DNA of 64,000 bases from Azolla caroliniana. Taxonomy: Eukaryota > Plantae > Polypodiophyta. Of this stretch, positions 1-13,200 are shown in pieces. The notes below the pieces were generated by a model, which saw only the letters and a program-made list of their open reading frames with translations, had not been told where the DNA came from and did not search any database. A program made the translations under genes and the position numbers. The stretch lies in NCBI GenBank assembly GCA_043228905.1, contig JBHGNT010000010.1, forward strand, positions 10,292,001 to 10,356,000, written 5' to 3'. How positions within the stretch are numbered: the stretch's first letter is position 1; each line of letters begins with the position of its first letter.

Positions 1-61
1 AAGGCACGGGAAAGCCTTCGCATTCTCACCGGAAGAGATCGGGTGCGTAGACCCGACAGTC

Positions 62-2848
62 GTGAAGCCGATGGTGATATTCACGGTACCGCATGTGCCG
101 TGGAATCTCAAACCAATTCCGGTACCGAGAGCTCACATCCCGGAGCTGATGGAGCTGTTGAGGCAGAAAGTCAATATGGGCATCCTCGAACCGTCGAGTG
201 CCCCGTACTCGAACCGGTGGTTTACCGTACCGAAGAAGAACGGGACGTTGCGCTTCATTCAAGACCTGCAACCGGTCAACAGAGTGACCATTCGGAACGC
301 AGGAATCGGACCAACGATAGACGAGTTCGCGGAGGCCTTCGCCGGAAGGTCGATCTACTCGGTCGGTGATCTGTACTCGGGGTACGATCAGTTCCAACTA
401 GCCGTAGAGAGCAGAGACATTACGACGATGCGGACTCCTCTCGGCCTAGTGCAGATGTGTACCCTGCCACAAGGAGGGACGAACTCGGTGGCCCACATGG
501 TGAATGCGATGAACAAGGTGCTGAGGGATTGTATCCCGGACATCACCATGCCATTCTTGGATGACATCCCGATCAAGGGATGTCCGGTGGAGGAAAAGGA
601 TGAAACGATCGGACCAGACGGATGCCGGAAATTCATGGTGACACACATTGACGATTGCGAGAGGGTGCTGCAGAGGCTAGAGGACGCGAGGCTCACCTTC
701 TCCGGGGAGAAATCGGCCTTCGGGCAATCAGAGATCATGGTCGTCGGACATCTATGCGGACCGTATGGCCGGAAACCGTCTCCGGCTAAGGTGGAAGCCA
801 TCTCCGCAATGAAGCCCGACTGTAACTCAGTCACGGAGGTACGGAGGTTCTTGGGAGCATGCGTGTTCTACCACATATGGATCTCGCATTACGCCCACGT
901 TGCCGAGCCGCTATACGGGTTGCTAAAAAAGGGGTGAAAATTCGAATGGCGAGACGAGCATACGGAGTCGGTCCGAAAGATGAAGGAGGCTCTTGCTGCA
1001 GCTCCGGCACTCCGGAAGGCTGTCTACGAGAAAGGCACTCCCATCTACATAACGGTAGATACAAGTCCGACCGGGATTGGATGGGTCGTCAACCAAGAAG
1101 ATGAGGACGGCATTCGGTTCCCAATCCGGTTCGGCGCGAAGGTCCTCAGCGAGCGACAGCGAGGATACGCCCAGGTTAAACGCGAACTCTGGGGTATCGT
1201 TTCGGCGGTGAAGGCCGACAAAGACTATCTAATCGGTACAGAGGTGATTATCGAGACGGACTGCCTGCTGATTCTCGGCATGGTTTTCGGATGCGCAACC
1301 CTGAACCTGGCAATGCTCAGGTGGATAGTGTACATCAAGTCCCTGGATCCGGAAATACGACACATTTCCGGGAAAGACAATGCCATGGCCGACATGCTTT
1401 CGAGGGCGCGATTCGACGACGAGGGCGGCATGGTTTCGGAGGACAAGGAACTCGGTGTGGACTTCTTCGAGGCGACTTACGTAATAATCGAGGGAGGGAG
1501 CACTCCGACACTTAACGATTTCAACGAGAGCAAGTACGACGGGGAGTGGCTGCAGATTGGGAGATTCTTGAGGACGATGACGCCGGACGCGTCATGGACA
1601 AAGAACGAGGCCAACCGGATCCGGAAGAAAGCATACCGATTCTTTCTCCGGGACGGATACTTGTGGAAGCACCCGAAGAAGAGAAATGGCATCCCGCTCC
1701 GAGTAGTGGCGATGGAGGAGGAACAGGAGGAGTTGCTGAAGGCCTACCACGACAGCCCCTGGGCTGGACACCGTGGGACGTGGGCCATGTTCGAGAAACT
1801 AAAGGGGAAGTACTGGTGGCCGGGACTGTACCGGGACGTGCATCGGTTCGTGACAACTTGTGAGAGCTGTCAGATACACTCCATAGTCCGACATCGGGAC
1901 GAGCTTCACCCTACATACCCTCCGGCCATCCACTTCAAATGGATGGTAGATTTGGTGACGATGCCGATGGGCGTAGGGCAGATGCGATATCTGGTGCTGG
2001 CCCGGGAGGACCTGACGAACCAGGTGGAAGGCCGAGCCCTGCAGAACAAAACGACCGCGGCCGTGTGTCGGTTCTTGATCGAGGACGTGATATGCCGGTA
2101 CGGGTGCGTCGGGAAGATCGTGGCTGACCGCGGGGAGTTGGACGCCGAAGAGGCCAAGGAGATGTTCGACCGGTTAGGGGTCAAGCTCTCGCTCACCACA
2201 GCGTACAATCCGGAGGCAAACGGGAAGGTGGAGCGCGGACACGGACCGATCGTCAAAGCACTAGTCCGGGCGTGCGAAGGCCAGGTCGGGAACTGGCCAC
2301 GGCTGTTACCTTATGCCTTGTGGGCGGTCCGGACAACGCACAGTTCAGTAACCAGGTTCATGCCGTCACAGCTCATGTTCGGACAGAAGCCGATCATGCC
2401 GATGGAACGGACGATCTCCTCTTGGGCGACGGTGGACTGGAGAGACGAGATGAGCCGGGAAGAGCTGCTAGCAGCGCGAATACGGCATCTCGAGCGGAGG
2501 CCAGAGGACATGGAACGAGCGGCGGAGAGACTTCGGACGGCGAGGATGAGGAACAAAGCCCGGTTCGACCGAACGCACCGGCTCCGACCAAAGAAAATCG
2601 AGGAAGGCGACTGGGTGCTAGTCTACGACAGCAACCTCGACAACCAGCACCGGGCAACACGGAAGTTTTCAAAGCGGTGGTTCAGGCCTTACGTGGTAAC
2701 GAGCGCCAACGACAACGGGACGTATCACCTGGCGGAACTCGACGGTACGAGGATGGCAATACTGGTAGTAGGGAAGCGGATCAAAGCGTTCAAGAAGCGC
2801 CACGACGGCGAACCGGATCTAAGAGGCCCGGACAGCGACGACGAATAG
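62..2848 (+). pseudogene. pol: Element A pol (RT, RNase H, integrase), frameshifted near 930
   Basis: ORFs 62-937 and 980-2848. Motifs PFLDDIPIKG, VDTSPTGIG, HDSPWAGH...CESCQ, VADRGE, NGKVER. One extra base (AAAAAAGGGGTG) relative to the intact copy in element I. Confidence 0.92.
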
Positions 2849-2960
2849 TCCGAAACGGAGGACGAACTGATGGACGAGGAACCGGAACCTGGACCCGTTT
2901 TCTCCAACCAGAACCCAATTTTGGCGCATACCGGTGGATGCGCGGCTAGGTGGGGGCAGA

Positions 2961-3614
2961 TGTCGTGAAGAAAACCGTCCCTTAGCGCAATCGGTGAATA
3001 GCGCGCGTGAACCGGCTCTTCACGCGTGCGCGCCCTTTAATGTATATAATAGAGAATTAGGTACAAAGGTATATCCTAGGTAGTTAGATTCGGTAGGTAG
3101 GAAGTTAATGAGGGAAACGGCTCCCTTCTTGAAGCTATAAAAGAGAGGGAGACGCAACGTGAAAGGGATATATTATTATTGGAGGAGGACGAAGTGCTGT
3201 CGGACCGAAACCGAACACTTCTCCTCTGTTCGTTCTCCATCGCTCTTCTCTGCAGGTTTTCAGGAGGCTCGCGCTGCTTTGAGGAACGCCCGTGTGCTTC
3301 CGGCAACACCTCCATCCTATCCCCTTTCGTGCGCAGACGAGTAGGCTTCGGCATCTGTTCGCCGGCCTGTTTGGTTGTAACCGCTCACGTGCTCTGTTGT
3401 TTATTTGTCATTCGTTAATATACAAACATTCGTGTCTCTCTGTCTCTGTGTCCATTCGTGTCTTCCCCGTTGACGGGCCGTGTCCCTTTGTTTCTTTGCT
3501 CATACGTAACCGGGCGTCTCTCTCTTTCTCTTTCCCCTTCTATCACCTGCTCTTTTGTTCAAGACCCTGATGGTCCCGCCTCGTTTCTCCACGCACGCGC
3601 GTAGTAACGCGACA
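2961..3614 (+). repeat. 3' LTR of element A (654 bp)
   Basis: TG...CA ends, follows PPT, TATA-like CTATAAAA near 3135, homologous to LTRs 32800-33428 and 39156-39784. Confidence 0.9.
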
Positions 3615-6600
3615 GCGTCTTGGTCCTACAAGATGCACCAGTACCTGCTCGGGCACGGCTACTGGAGTTATGTCGAAGGAGCTAATGACGCAGCACCCGA
3701 ATCGACACATAGAGACTTCCCGTCGTGGGAGCAATTGGCGAGCAGGGTATTATAATGCTTCGCGTCGTGTGTGGGGGAACAACTGTTGAGCTATGTTCGG
3801 GATGCAAAGACGCCGAAGGGTGCGTGGGAAAATCTGAAGAAGATTTTCGCCGCGAGCACCACAACCAGGAAGCTTCAGCTCCGGTAGGAGTTGAGCAACC
3901 TACAACAACGCGACTTGTCGGTGGCGGACTATACCTCGAAGATCAAGGATATCTGCGACTCCCTCGCCTCCATAAAGGTGAACATCGAGGAGAGTGAGAT
4001 GGTCCAGATCTGTCTCAGAGGTTTGGTGTCGAAGTTCGGAGCGTTCCGAACGACTGTGTGTACCCGGGAGAATACGCCGTCCTTTTTCGACTTACAGTCA
4101 ATGCTCCTGGTAGAGGAGAACCACGCGGGCGCGTCTACAAGCACGCACACTGACAACAGAATGCTGTACACGGAGGGAGATAGGCCCCGTGGACGTGGAG
4201 GACGAGGCGAGTCGGCGCACAATGGAGGCGGCCGACGAGATCAAGGAAGAAGGCACTGAAGTGATGTCGACAACAACTCTGGACCCTCCGGAAGCAGGGG
4301 GAGTCGAAGCGATGAGAACCGGCAAGGGAAGGCCATCGCTGAGTGGTGGTACTATGGCAAGAAAGGCCACAGGGAAAGTGAGTGCTGGAAGAAGCGCGCC
4401 GATTCGGAGAGAACCGGTTCCGGAAACGGCTGCGGACATACCGACAAGGGGAATTGGCAGCGATCGCACTACGCCGAAGACTCCGGGAGAGCCGGAGAAG
4501 GGTGTGCCTTCGTGACGAGACACGAAGCAAACTCAATGAAACGGACCACCCCGAGGTCGGACGAGGTGTGGTATGTAGACTCCGGCGCGTCAAACCACAT
4601 GACGAGCCATAAGGAGTGGTTCTCGTACTTTGAAAAACCGATACAACCTGGAGTAGTCGCAGCTGGAGACGACACTCCGCATCCGATCGCGAATGTCGGA
4701 GAAGTTCCCCTTAGCCATGTCGGGCAGAAAGGGAAACTCATGAACGTGCTGCACGTTCCGACAATTACGAAGAACTTCGTCTCGGTCGGACAGATCATCG
4801 ACCAAGAGATGGAGGTTTGGTTTACACACCTCGGGTGCTTAATTGAGGAAGAAGGCCGTGTGATTGCGCAAGGGCGCAGAGACGGGAGGATGTTCATCCT
4901 CGATTCCACTGACGGCGGCATCGCAATGTTCGTGAAGGGACAAAAATCCGAGTCAGACATCAACTTGTGGCACAAGCGGATAGGCCACGTCAACTACCAG
5001 CGGCTTCAAGATTTGCAATCGAAACAGGTAGTGTTCGGATTGCCCAAATTTAGTGACCGAAAGGCACAAATTTGTGAAGCCTGCCAGCTCGGGAAGCAAC
5101 ACCGATTTCCTTTCCCCAACGAGCGAAACCAGAGCCGGAACAAGCTCAACCTTATACACTCCGATGTATGGGGGCCCGCACAAAACGTTAGTCTTGGCGG
5201 GAGCCGATATTTCGTCTCCTTCATCGACGATCACACGCGGCACACGTGGATCTACCTCATTGAGAGGAAGAGCAAAGTCTTCGACTGTTTCCGGGACCTC
5301 AAAGGGTTCGTGGAAACGGAAAGGGGACAAAAGATCAGGTGCCTGCGGTCAGATGGCGGGAAAGAGTACTTTTTTGGTCAATTCAACGGTTATCTACAAC
5401 AAATGGGAATTCAGCGCGAATTCAGTTGTAGATACACGCCGGAGCAGAACGGCGTGTCCAAGAGGAAGAATCGGTCAGTTGTGGAAGCGGCATGGGCAAT
5501 GCTGGAGGAGAAGAGCTTGCCCAAGTTCTACTGGGCCGAGGCGGTAAGGACCGCGGTATACATCTAGAACCGGATCGGAGACAAAGTGTCGGCGCACGAG
5601 CTATATTTCGGAACCAAGCCGAACTTACGACACTTGAGGGTGTTCGGTAGCATTGCGTATGTGCATGTACCGAAGGAGAAAAGGAGGAAGCTGGACGCAA
5701 AGGCCGAGAAATGCATCTTGGTCGGTTACTCGGACGAGCAGAAGGGTTATAAGTGCTATAACCCTCGCACCAAACAAGCGCGTGTTAGCCGCGACGTTGT
5801 GTTTGACGAATCCGCGTCCTAGTACTATCCCCCGACTCCGAACCCCAACTCCAATCCAAATTCTGACGATGAGGTCAGCGAGGCCGAGATGCCTCCGGAT
5901 GAGCCCGAAATCGAGACCCGCGAAGAGATCCCGATTTCACTCTGTTTAAGTGGACCGATTGGACGATTGAGTTGGTACGATCAGTCCGATGAAGAGCCGG
6001 CGAGTAGTGGAGACTCGGTCGTGCATTCCCCGCGCAGGAAGCCGAGGAGACGGCTTACGCGCAAAGAGAAAGGGAATAAGAAGGTGTCGGATTTCGGCAC
6101 GGGTAGGAACGAGTCAGACCAACGCGAGTCTGACTCCGAGGGAACCGGTGACGGGTCTTTAAAGGTGAAGTCCGCGTCAAACGAGAAGGCCTCGACATCG
6201 GCTAATGTGAGATTACGCCGATCTACCCGCTAGAAGAACCCTGTTTTGCGGTTCGGATACAACGAGTACATGGCGCATCATTACGCGTACATGACCCGTA
6301 TAGCGGAAGTGCGTGAGCCGGAGAGCTACGCAGAAGCGGCGAAGGACGCGAATTGGCGTGCCGTGATGGAGGAAGAGATGCACGCACTGGCGGAGAACGA
6401 GACCTGGGACCTGGTTGACGCACTGAAGGGTGTGACGCCGCTCGGGTGTAGGTGGGTGTACAAAGTCAAGTACAACACCGATGGCTCGGTCAACCGGAAT
6501 AAGGCTCGCCTAGTGGCAAAGGGCTACGAGCAGAAACACGACATCGACTACGATGAGACGTTTGCGCCGGTCGCGAAAATGACGACCGTCTGTGTTTTGC

Positions 6601-6767
6601 TCGCAGTAGCTGCGGTGAAGGCGTGGAACTTACATCAGATGGATGTAAAGAATGCATTCCTGCAAGGTGACCTTGAGGAACAGGTGTACATGGTACAACC
6701 CCCCGGATTTCACTCAGGAACGAACTCCTCGGGAGTATGCGGACTGAAGAAGTCCCTTTACGGACTG
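3615..6767 (+). pseudogene. Copia B gag-protease-integrase-RT (N-terminal part), several stops
   Basis: SWSYKMHQYLLGHGYW (gag), WYVDSGASNHM (PR), LWHKRIGH/CEACQLGK/RSDGGKEY (IN), WVYKVK...KARLVAKG...QMDVKNAFL...KSLYGL (RT). Confidence 0.93.
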
Positions 6768-7186
6768 TGTTATTCTCTGACCGGACAAGGCCTAACACAA
6801 GGTGTCACGGAGACACTTCACCAAAGGGTGATTACAGTATAGGATTATGACTCAACGATTACACCGACTTAAGTAGGTTACACGATTAGAGCGCTTTTGT
6901 TAATTACACGCGTAAGATATAACAGTAAGTACAGAACGGAAATCAACACAGAAGTATAAACACCATATGCTCTATTAATTATCCGCCGCGATTACAATGG
7001 GGTTCGGGCCTTTAAATAGGTTTCCGGCCCGTAGTACAAAACGGTGCCTATCGCACCTATTCGGGATACGTCCGGATCTGGAACGGCATACCGTTTCCAG
7101 TCCGTCCGTCCACACTATGCTTATTTACAACCATACTTAATTAATTCCTTCACTCCGTATTTTGGACTCCTTGCCGGCCGGTAACA
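6768..7186 (-). repeat. 3' LTR of element C
   Basis: Direct repeat of 16206-16624. Confidence 0.97.
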
Positions 7187-7188
7187 CA

Positions 7189-7226
7189 TGGCACGCCCGT
7201 GGGACAGTACCTTGTACGTCGAACCC
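7189..7226 (-). promoter_or_regulatory. tRNA-Arg 3'-end-like motif at the PPT position of element C
   Basis: Element sense: GGGTTCGA CGTACAAGGTACTG TCCCACGGGCGTGCCA TG|LTR. No purine tract. Confidence 0.85.
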
Positions 7227-7238
7227 TTCTCGGCCCCT

Positions 7239-9908
7239 TCATTGTTCACCCAAATTGTCCAAAATACTTTGTTCCATAGTTTCCACTTGTTCTTCCGGTT
7301 GTGGTTGTTGCGGCTGTGCTTGCTGCTGCTGCTGTGGTTGCGGTTGGGACTGAGGCTGCTCCGGCTGCTCTATAGGCGGCTGCTCCGTTTGTTTCTCTGA
7401 CTCCGGCATCTCCGTTTGACTGCTTCCGGTCCGGTCTCCTTCCAGTAACGGTTCCTCATCACTGAGGTTGACCGTAACCGGTTCTCATGCTTTCTCTTCC
7501 CGGATCCGGGACCTCTCGTAGCTTTCAAACTGGATCTGCGCCTCCAGCCTGTCGTCGTCCAGCTGAGCTACAAGTTGCCGGACTTGCCCTAGTTGGTCCT
7601 CTGCCAAGGCTTGAAAGTCTTCGGCCAGCTCATCTCTTATGCCGGTGAAGTCTTCGGAAGTCAGCATATAGCAATCATCTCCCTCCTTCCTCCGGTTCTC
7701 TACGTCGGCCCGGAGCAATTGGAGTTCCGCCGCGTTCGTGGCCCACTTGGTCCACCATTTGACGGAACCGTTGTCAATCAAGCTCTTGGTCTGGTTCAAC
7801 CAGGCCCGCATGATATCCTGGATGCGACTTGCTCCCATTTGCGCTCTACTTTCCACCACTTGTCGTTCCTCCTTCAACTGCTTGATGAGATTAGCCGTAT
7901 CCTCTGCCTGCTCTCTGTAGCGCGTCAGCTGCCCTTGATATGTTGTTTACAGCCTCTGCAGTACCTCCGCCGCTCTTTCTTTTTCCGCCTGCTGTTGCCT
8001 AAGGAGCTCTGTCCGAACCTTCTCCGCCTCTTCCAACCGTCTTCTGGTTTCCGCTTGTTCCTTAGCGTATGCCGTTGCGGTCCGATCAACTGCTTGCCGG
8101 AGCTCATCCGTCCGTTCCTTGTGCTCCGTTTGCAACCGTTTATACTCCCAGTGCAAGTTCTCAAATTCCTCTGTTTTTTGTTTGAGCTTGCCGTTGATCT
8201 GGCGATGGTTCCGGTCCTCCCGGTCCTTTAGCTGCCGGAGTTCCTCTTTCAGGCGCTCTACTTCTGTTTCGGCGTTTCTCCGGAGCCTATCCTTCTCTTG
8301 CAGCATTTTCTCCTTTTCCTCCTTGAGCCGGTCGTACGCTTGGTGGCCTTTTCGTAAGCTCTCCTCGGCCCGGCGTAGATTCTCAGCAGTCTTTTTGAGT
8401 TCTGCCTCCGCTGCCGTCTTCAACTCTCTTTCGCGGCTCCTCAACGCTTCTTGGGCAGCTAGCTCATCCTTTAAATCCGCAAGCTCTTGGGCTTGTGCCG
8501 CATTTCTCTCCGGAACGGTTTCCGTTGCCGGGGTCTGATTGCTATGTACAGGTTGATCTGACGCTTTATTCTGTACATTGCCCGGAGTCACCGATGCTTG
8601 GACTTGTGTTGTCAAAGCCAATTGAGCCATTTCCCTTGTGACCCTGTCCAAGTCTTGTTCAAGGCTCCGGATTCTGGACCGGGCCGTCTCTAGATCTACG
8701 GTTGTGACGAGCAACCGTTCGTGGTGCGCTCTCTCCTCTGCCTCTATGTACTCGACCACTCCGGCGATCTGCTCGCCTACCCACCGTAGCCACATGCTAC
8801 TGGTGCCTTGCTGCTGAACTAGTCGGGTCGGCTCGTTCACTGTGGAATTGTCTGGCCGGAGTGCCTGTATCTGCCGTTCTGGTTCTACTCCTTGGCCGCC
8901 GTGTGTGTTGGCTGGGCTCGCCGGCTGTTGAGTTCCGGTTCTCGCCGTCTCCGGAGCCGTTGGAATGACTTCTGGTATAGAAGTCGACAAGGCCGGTTCT
9001 TCACGCACCAGTTCCGGTTCTTCCCTTGCGGTTTGCTCAGGTTGAGTTGGGGGCGTTTCTTCCTTTTGCGGGTCCGAACGCTCCCCCGCTGTCCCGGCGG
9101 TCCCACTTCTTGACCGTCGTTGGAGGTGCTCTTCTGGCTCCTCCGTTTCCTCTTCCTGGGTAACGGTATGTTTCTGTGCCGTCAAGGGTTCTGGTTCCTT
9201 CTGACCCGGTCGCCGTATGGTTATCTTAACGGGTCCCACCGGTGACACCTCCTCCGGTTCTGGGAGCCGTTTCTTCCCTTTCGTCGCCTTCGACGCCAGC
9301 AGCTGCTGTCGTTTGGACGCGGGTTTCGAGGTGCTTCCTTCCGATAATCTTGGCCGCTTCTTTGGCTGGACGGTCTCGACCGGCGGCACGAGCAATGTTA
9401 TCCACTGAGCTACGGCATGCCACAGCTTCCGGCCCTCCTTGCCGTCCTTTCCTCGTACCATGTCGATTGCCGCGCACAAACCGTCTGCAATCAACACCGG
9501 CCAATCCACCTTGGTCCCTTCATAGGTGGCTATGATCATCCCTGCCCGATTTTTTGGCATGACAGGGGGTCAGGGATACACGTGGCCGTACTCATGGAGC
9601 ACTCGAGCTATTTCCCTGAATAGCGGATCTTCGCCGCCCTGCGTTCGATAGCCTTTGCCGGCTACAGAGTACTCACCGAAATATCGGATGAGTTGCTCCG
9701 AGGTTGGGTTATCAATCTGAAAAATACCTCCCTCCGGAAGGCCTGTTAGCGCACGGATCGCTTCCTCGGTGATGACTTCCGTGTCGAGCTCCTTGATGAC
9801 CCGGTCGGCTTCTTTGTGCGGTGGTGCCTCCATGATGGTCAAGAACCCCTCCAGTCCGTGTTGTCTGAACCATTTCCTGGCCGCTTCCGACAGCGTTTGT
9901 GGGTCCAT
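7239..9908 (-). pseudogene. Element C ORF2 (conserved N-terminal domain plus coiled coil), frameshifted
   Basis: ORF pieces 9570-9908, 7947-9560 and 7485-7877 are homologous to intact ORF 52705-55587. Confidence 0.85.
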
Positions 9909-10269
9909 GTCTGCTTCAAGGTCGAGGAAAGATGGCGAGGTGGAGTGGTGATGAGAGTGAGAGCGAGAGAAAGAGCGTTCCGAACGTGGGGGTTCTCTGA
10001 GTGCAGGTTCGCGTTTGCTAAGCTTCCACTGCCTTGGTGCTTCTGTGCTTCTTGGCTCCATGCGTTCTTCTTTTTCTCTGTGCGTCTTGGCGCCTTTTTC
10101 GAGCATGCGCACGTCGTGTACCAATTTAGTATTAAGTAATGTGGCGGCTCTTAAACGCCCACTACGTACCTTTTCGCTCCTTGCTTTCACGTCCGTTCAT
10201 ACCTCGATTTTTAATGATTTCTTTTTTTTTTTCTTTTTTCTTTTTTCTTTTTAATGACGGTATGTGATC

Positions 10270-13200
10270 TTACACATCCGTAGGTCCCTTCGGACCCTTA
10301 CCGTTTTCCTTACGGGTTGCCGTGTCTTCCTTCGCCTCTGCTACGGGTTCCCCGTCGTCTATTTCTTCCATCCGTACCGTTCCCGGACAGGTTCCCGGTA
10401 TAGTGCCGGTGGGCTGCATAAACGGGTTACTTGGCATCGGTCCTTTATAGGGCTTTAGTCTAAATCCGTTGACCCACTTGCCTAGTACTTCACCGGCAAG
10501 TGTCCCTAACTGATAGGACCCGTTGTATTCCCGTGTCAGCCAATACGGGCCTGTCCATCTAAACCGGAGTTTACCCGGCATCTTGCCCATCCTTGTTTGG
10601 AATACTAGCACCGGCTTTCCGATTTCGAACATCTTTTCATTACCTTTCCGGTGACGGTCAACGAACGCTTTCCATCGTCGTTGCTCTAGTTCCATGTGTA
10701 GGATGCTGGCCAGCCGTTGCTCCTCCAGTTCGCATAGTGCTGCTAGCCGCATTTCCTCCGACTCCTTTTCATTCAGCCGTTCCCGTAGTTGGATCCGTAA
10801 GCTTGGTACCTGAAATTCCACCGGCATGACCGCTTCTAAGCCGAATGCTAACCGGAACGGCGTTGTCCGGATACTTGTTTTGTATGCCGTTCGGTACGCC
10901 CATAGCGCGCTATGGAGCTTTGTATCCCAGTCCGTCCGGTTTTCATTGACGATTTTGCGGAGAATGTTCTGGAGCGTTTTGTTGGTTGACTCTGCTAACC
11001 CGTTGGCCTGTGGGTAGTACGGTGTGCTCCGTTTATGGACCACGGCATAGAACGTTGTTAAGCTTTCCACTACCTGGCCGAGGAAGTGCACTCCTTGGTC
11101 GCTGATTAATTCAATCGGACATCCATATCGGCACCAAATGTTTTCGTACAGGAATTTTGCTGTGGATGACGCGGTGTTGTCTCTCAAGGGCTTAGCCTCC
11201 ACCCATTTAGTGCAATAATCTGTTGCCACGATGACATAACGATTACCCGTTCTCATTGCCGGTGGCTTGAACGGTCCGACAAAATCCAACCCCCACTTCT
11301 GGAATGGCTCTAGTGGAAGTACCGGTTGGTGTGGCATCCGTGCTTGCTCCGTAGGCTGGCCCATTCGTTGGCATAGGTCACATTCCTTAGCATACTTGAC
11401 GGCGTCTTTTAACGTCGTGGGCCACCATAAGCCGCTCTGCCATACTTTCCTTGCCGTCGCTTCCCCGGCATAGTGTCCTCCGGCAACCCCACAGTGTGCT
11501 TCCCGTAAGATTACTTGTTTCTCGTCACTACGGACTGCCCGTCTCCATATACCATCTGCTCCCTTGTGGTAGAGAGTGTCCCGTAACCGACAGAAATTGC
11601 GGCTCTGCACCGCCAGTCGTTTCCTCTCGTCCCGGTTCATTTCCTTCGGTGGCAGGCCCGTGCTTAGGAACTGGTGCATGTTTGTCAGCCACCTATCTTT
11701 TGATGCGACCGTGTCGTCCGCTGCCGTTTCCGGGGTGATACGGAATAACTCTGCGTCCGGGAATTCATCCGATACTCCGTCGCCTGATTCTCCGGATTCT
11801 AACCGGCTCAGGTAGTCTGCTACGGCATGCTGGATACCGGGCCGGTGGAAGATCTCGAATTCGAACTCCTGCAACAGCAAGGTCCAACGGGCCAATTTAC
11901 CGGTCAGGGACGCCTTGGACACTAAGTACAGGAGCGCCGAGTGATCCACATGAAAGGAGAACTTCCTTCCCAATAGGTAATGACGAAACTTTGTTACGAT
12001 GTAGATCATGCCCAGGGCCTCCCGTTCCGTCGTCGAATAGTTCTTCTCCGCTTGGGACAGCTTCCGGCTGGCATAATATACCGGCCGATACCATTTAGGC
12101 TCCGAAAGTTGCATTAAGGCGCTGCCGATAGCGATGTCGGAAGCGTCCACGAACACATGAAATTCCTTGCTCCAATCCGGAGGCTGCACGACGGGTGCTT
12201 GCGACAAAAGTACCTTCAGGGCATTGTATGCCTTATCCTCTGTATCCGTCCATTGGAACGGTGTCCGATGTACCGCAGTGTGTAATGGTGTAGCCAAGTC
12301 AGCCAAGTGACGGAGCATCCGGCTGTGCCACCGGATCTGTCCTAAGAATCGGCTTAGTGCTTTGGCCGTTTTCGGCGCCGGTGCCCCTAGTATCGCGTTT
12401 ACTTTGTCCGGGTCGACCGCAATGCCCTCCTTACTTACAATGTGTCCCAGTAAGATTCCACTTGAAACCCCAAAGATGCATTTTGCTGGGTTTAAGCTTA
12501 GCCGGTATAACCTACACTTTTCAAGGCATAACCGTAGGTGCTGCAAATGGTCTTTTTCCCGGCTATAGACTGCAAAGTCATCCAGGAAAACCTGCATGAA
12601 GGCTGGAATGTATTCGCCGAAGATCTCCATGATGATTCGCTGGAAAGTTGCTGGTGCCGTTTTTAGTCCGAACATCATTACTTCGGCCACAAACACCCCC
12701 CATTCGGTGACGAACGCTGTCTTCTCCTGGTCGTCAGGATGCATCCGGATTTGATTGTATCCGCTGAACCCGTCTAAAAAGCTATAAACTTCATGGCCGG
12801 CGATGGCATCCAGTACTCCATCCGTGAACGGAAGAGGGAATGCATCCGTAACTGTGGCTGCATTTAGTTTCCTGTAATCTACACACACGCGGATTTTACC
12901 GTTCTTCTTTGGGACGACGACGATGGGGCTCAGCCACGTCGCTTTCTTTACCGGCCGGATGAAGCCCACTCTTAGGAGTTTGTCGATTTCCTCCTTCACT
13001 TTGGCGGCGTAGTTGGGGTTCATTCGGTAACGTCTTTGCGCCACTGGTTTCGCGTCCTTGCCTAAGTGGATCTGATGCTGATATAATTGAGGGTCCAGCC
13101 CTCGCATGTCTTCGTATGACCAGGCGAATACGTCGTGAAACTCCGTGAGAAGTTTGATCATCGCCGCTTTATCTTCCGGCTTCATTTCTTTGGCGATGTG

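Larger units (their letters stand above)
1..3614 (+). mobile_element. Ty3/gypsy element A (3' part; same family as element I), inserted in the gag of copia B
   Basis: RT-RNaseH-IN order, PPT-like AGGTGGGGGCAGA at 2948-2960, LTR TGTCG...CGACA. Copia gag resumes right after 3614. 5' part lies outside the window. Confidence 0.93.
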
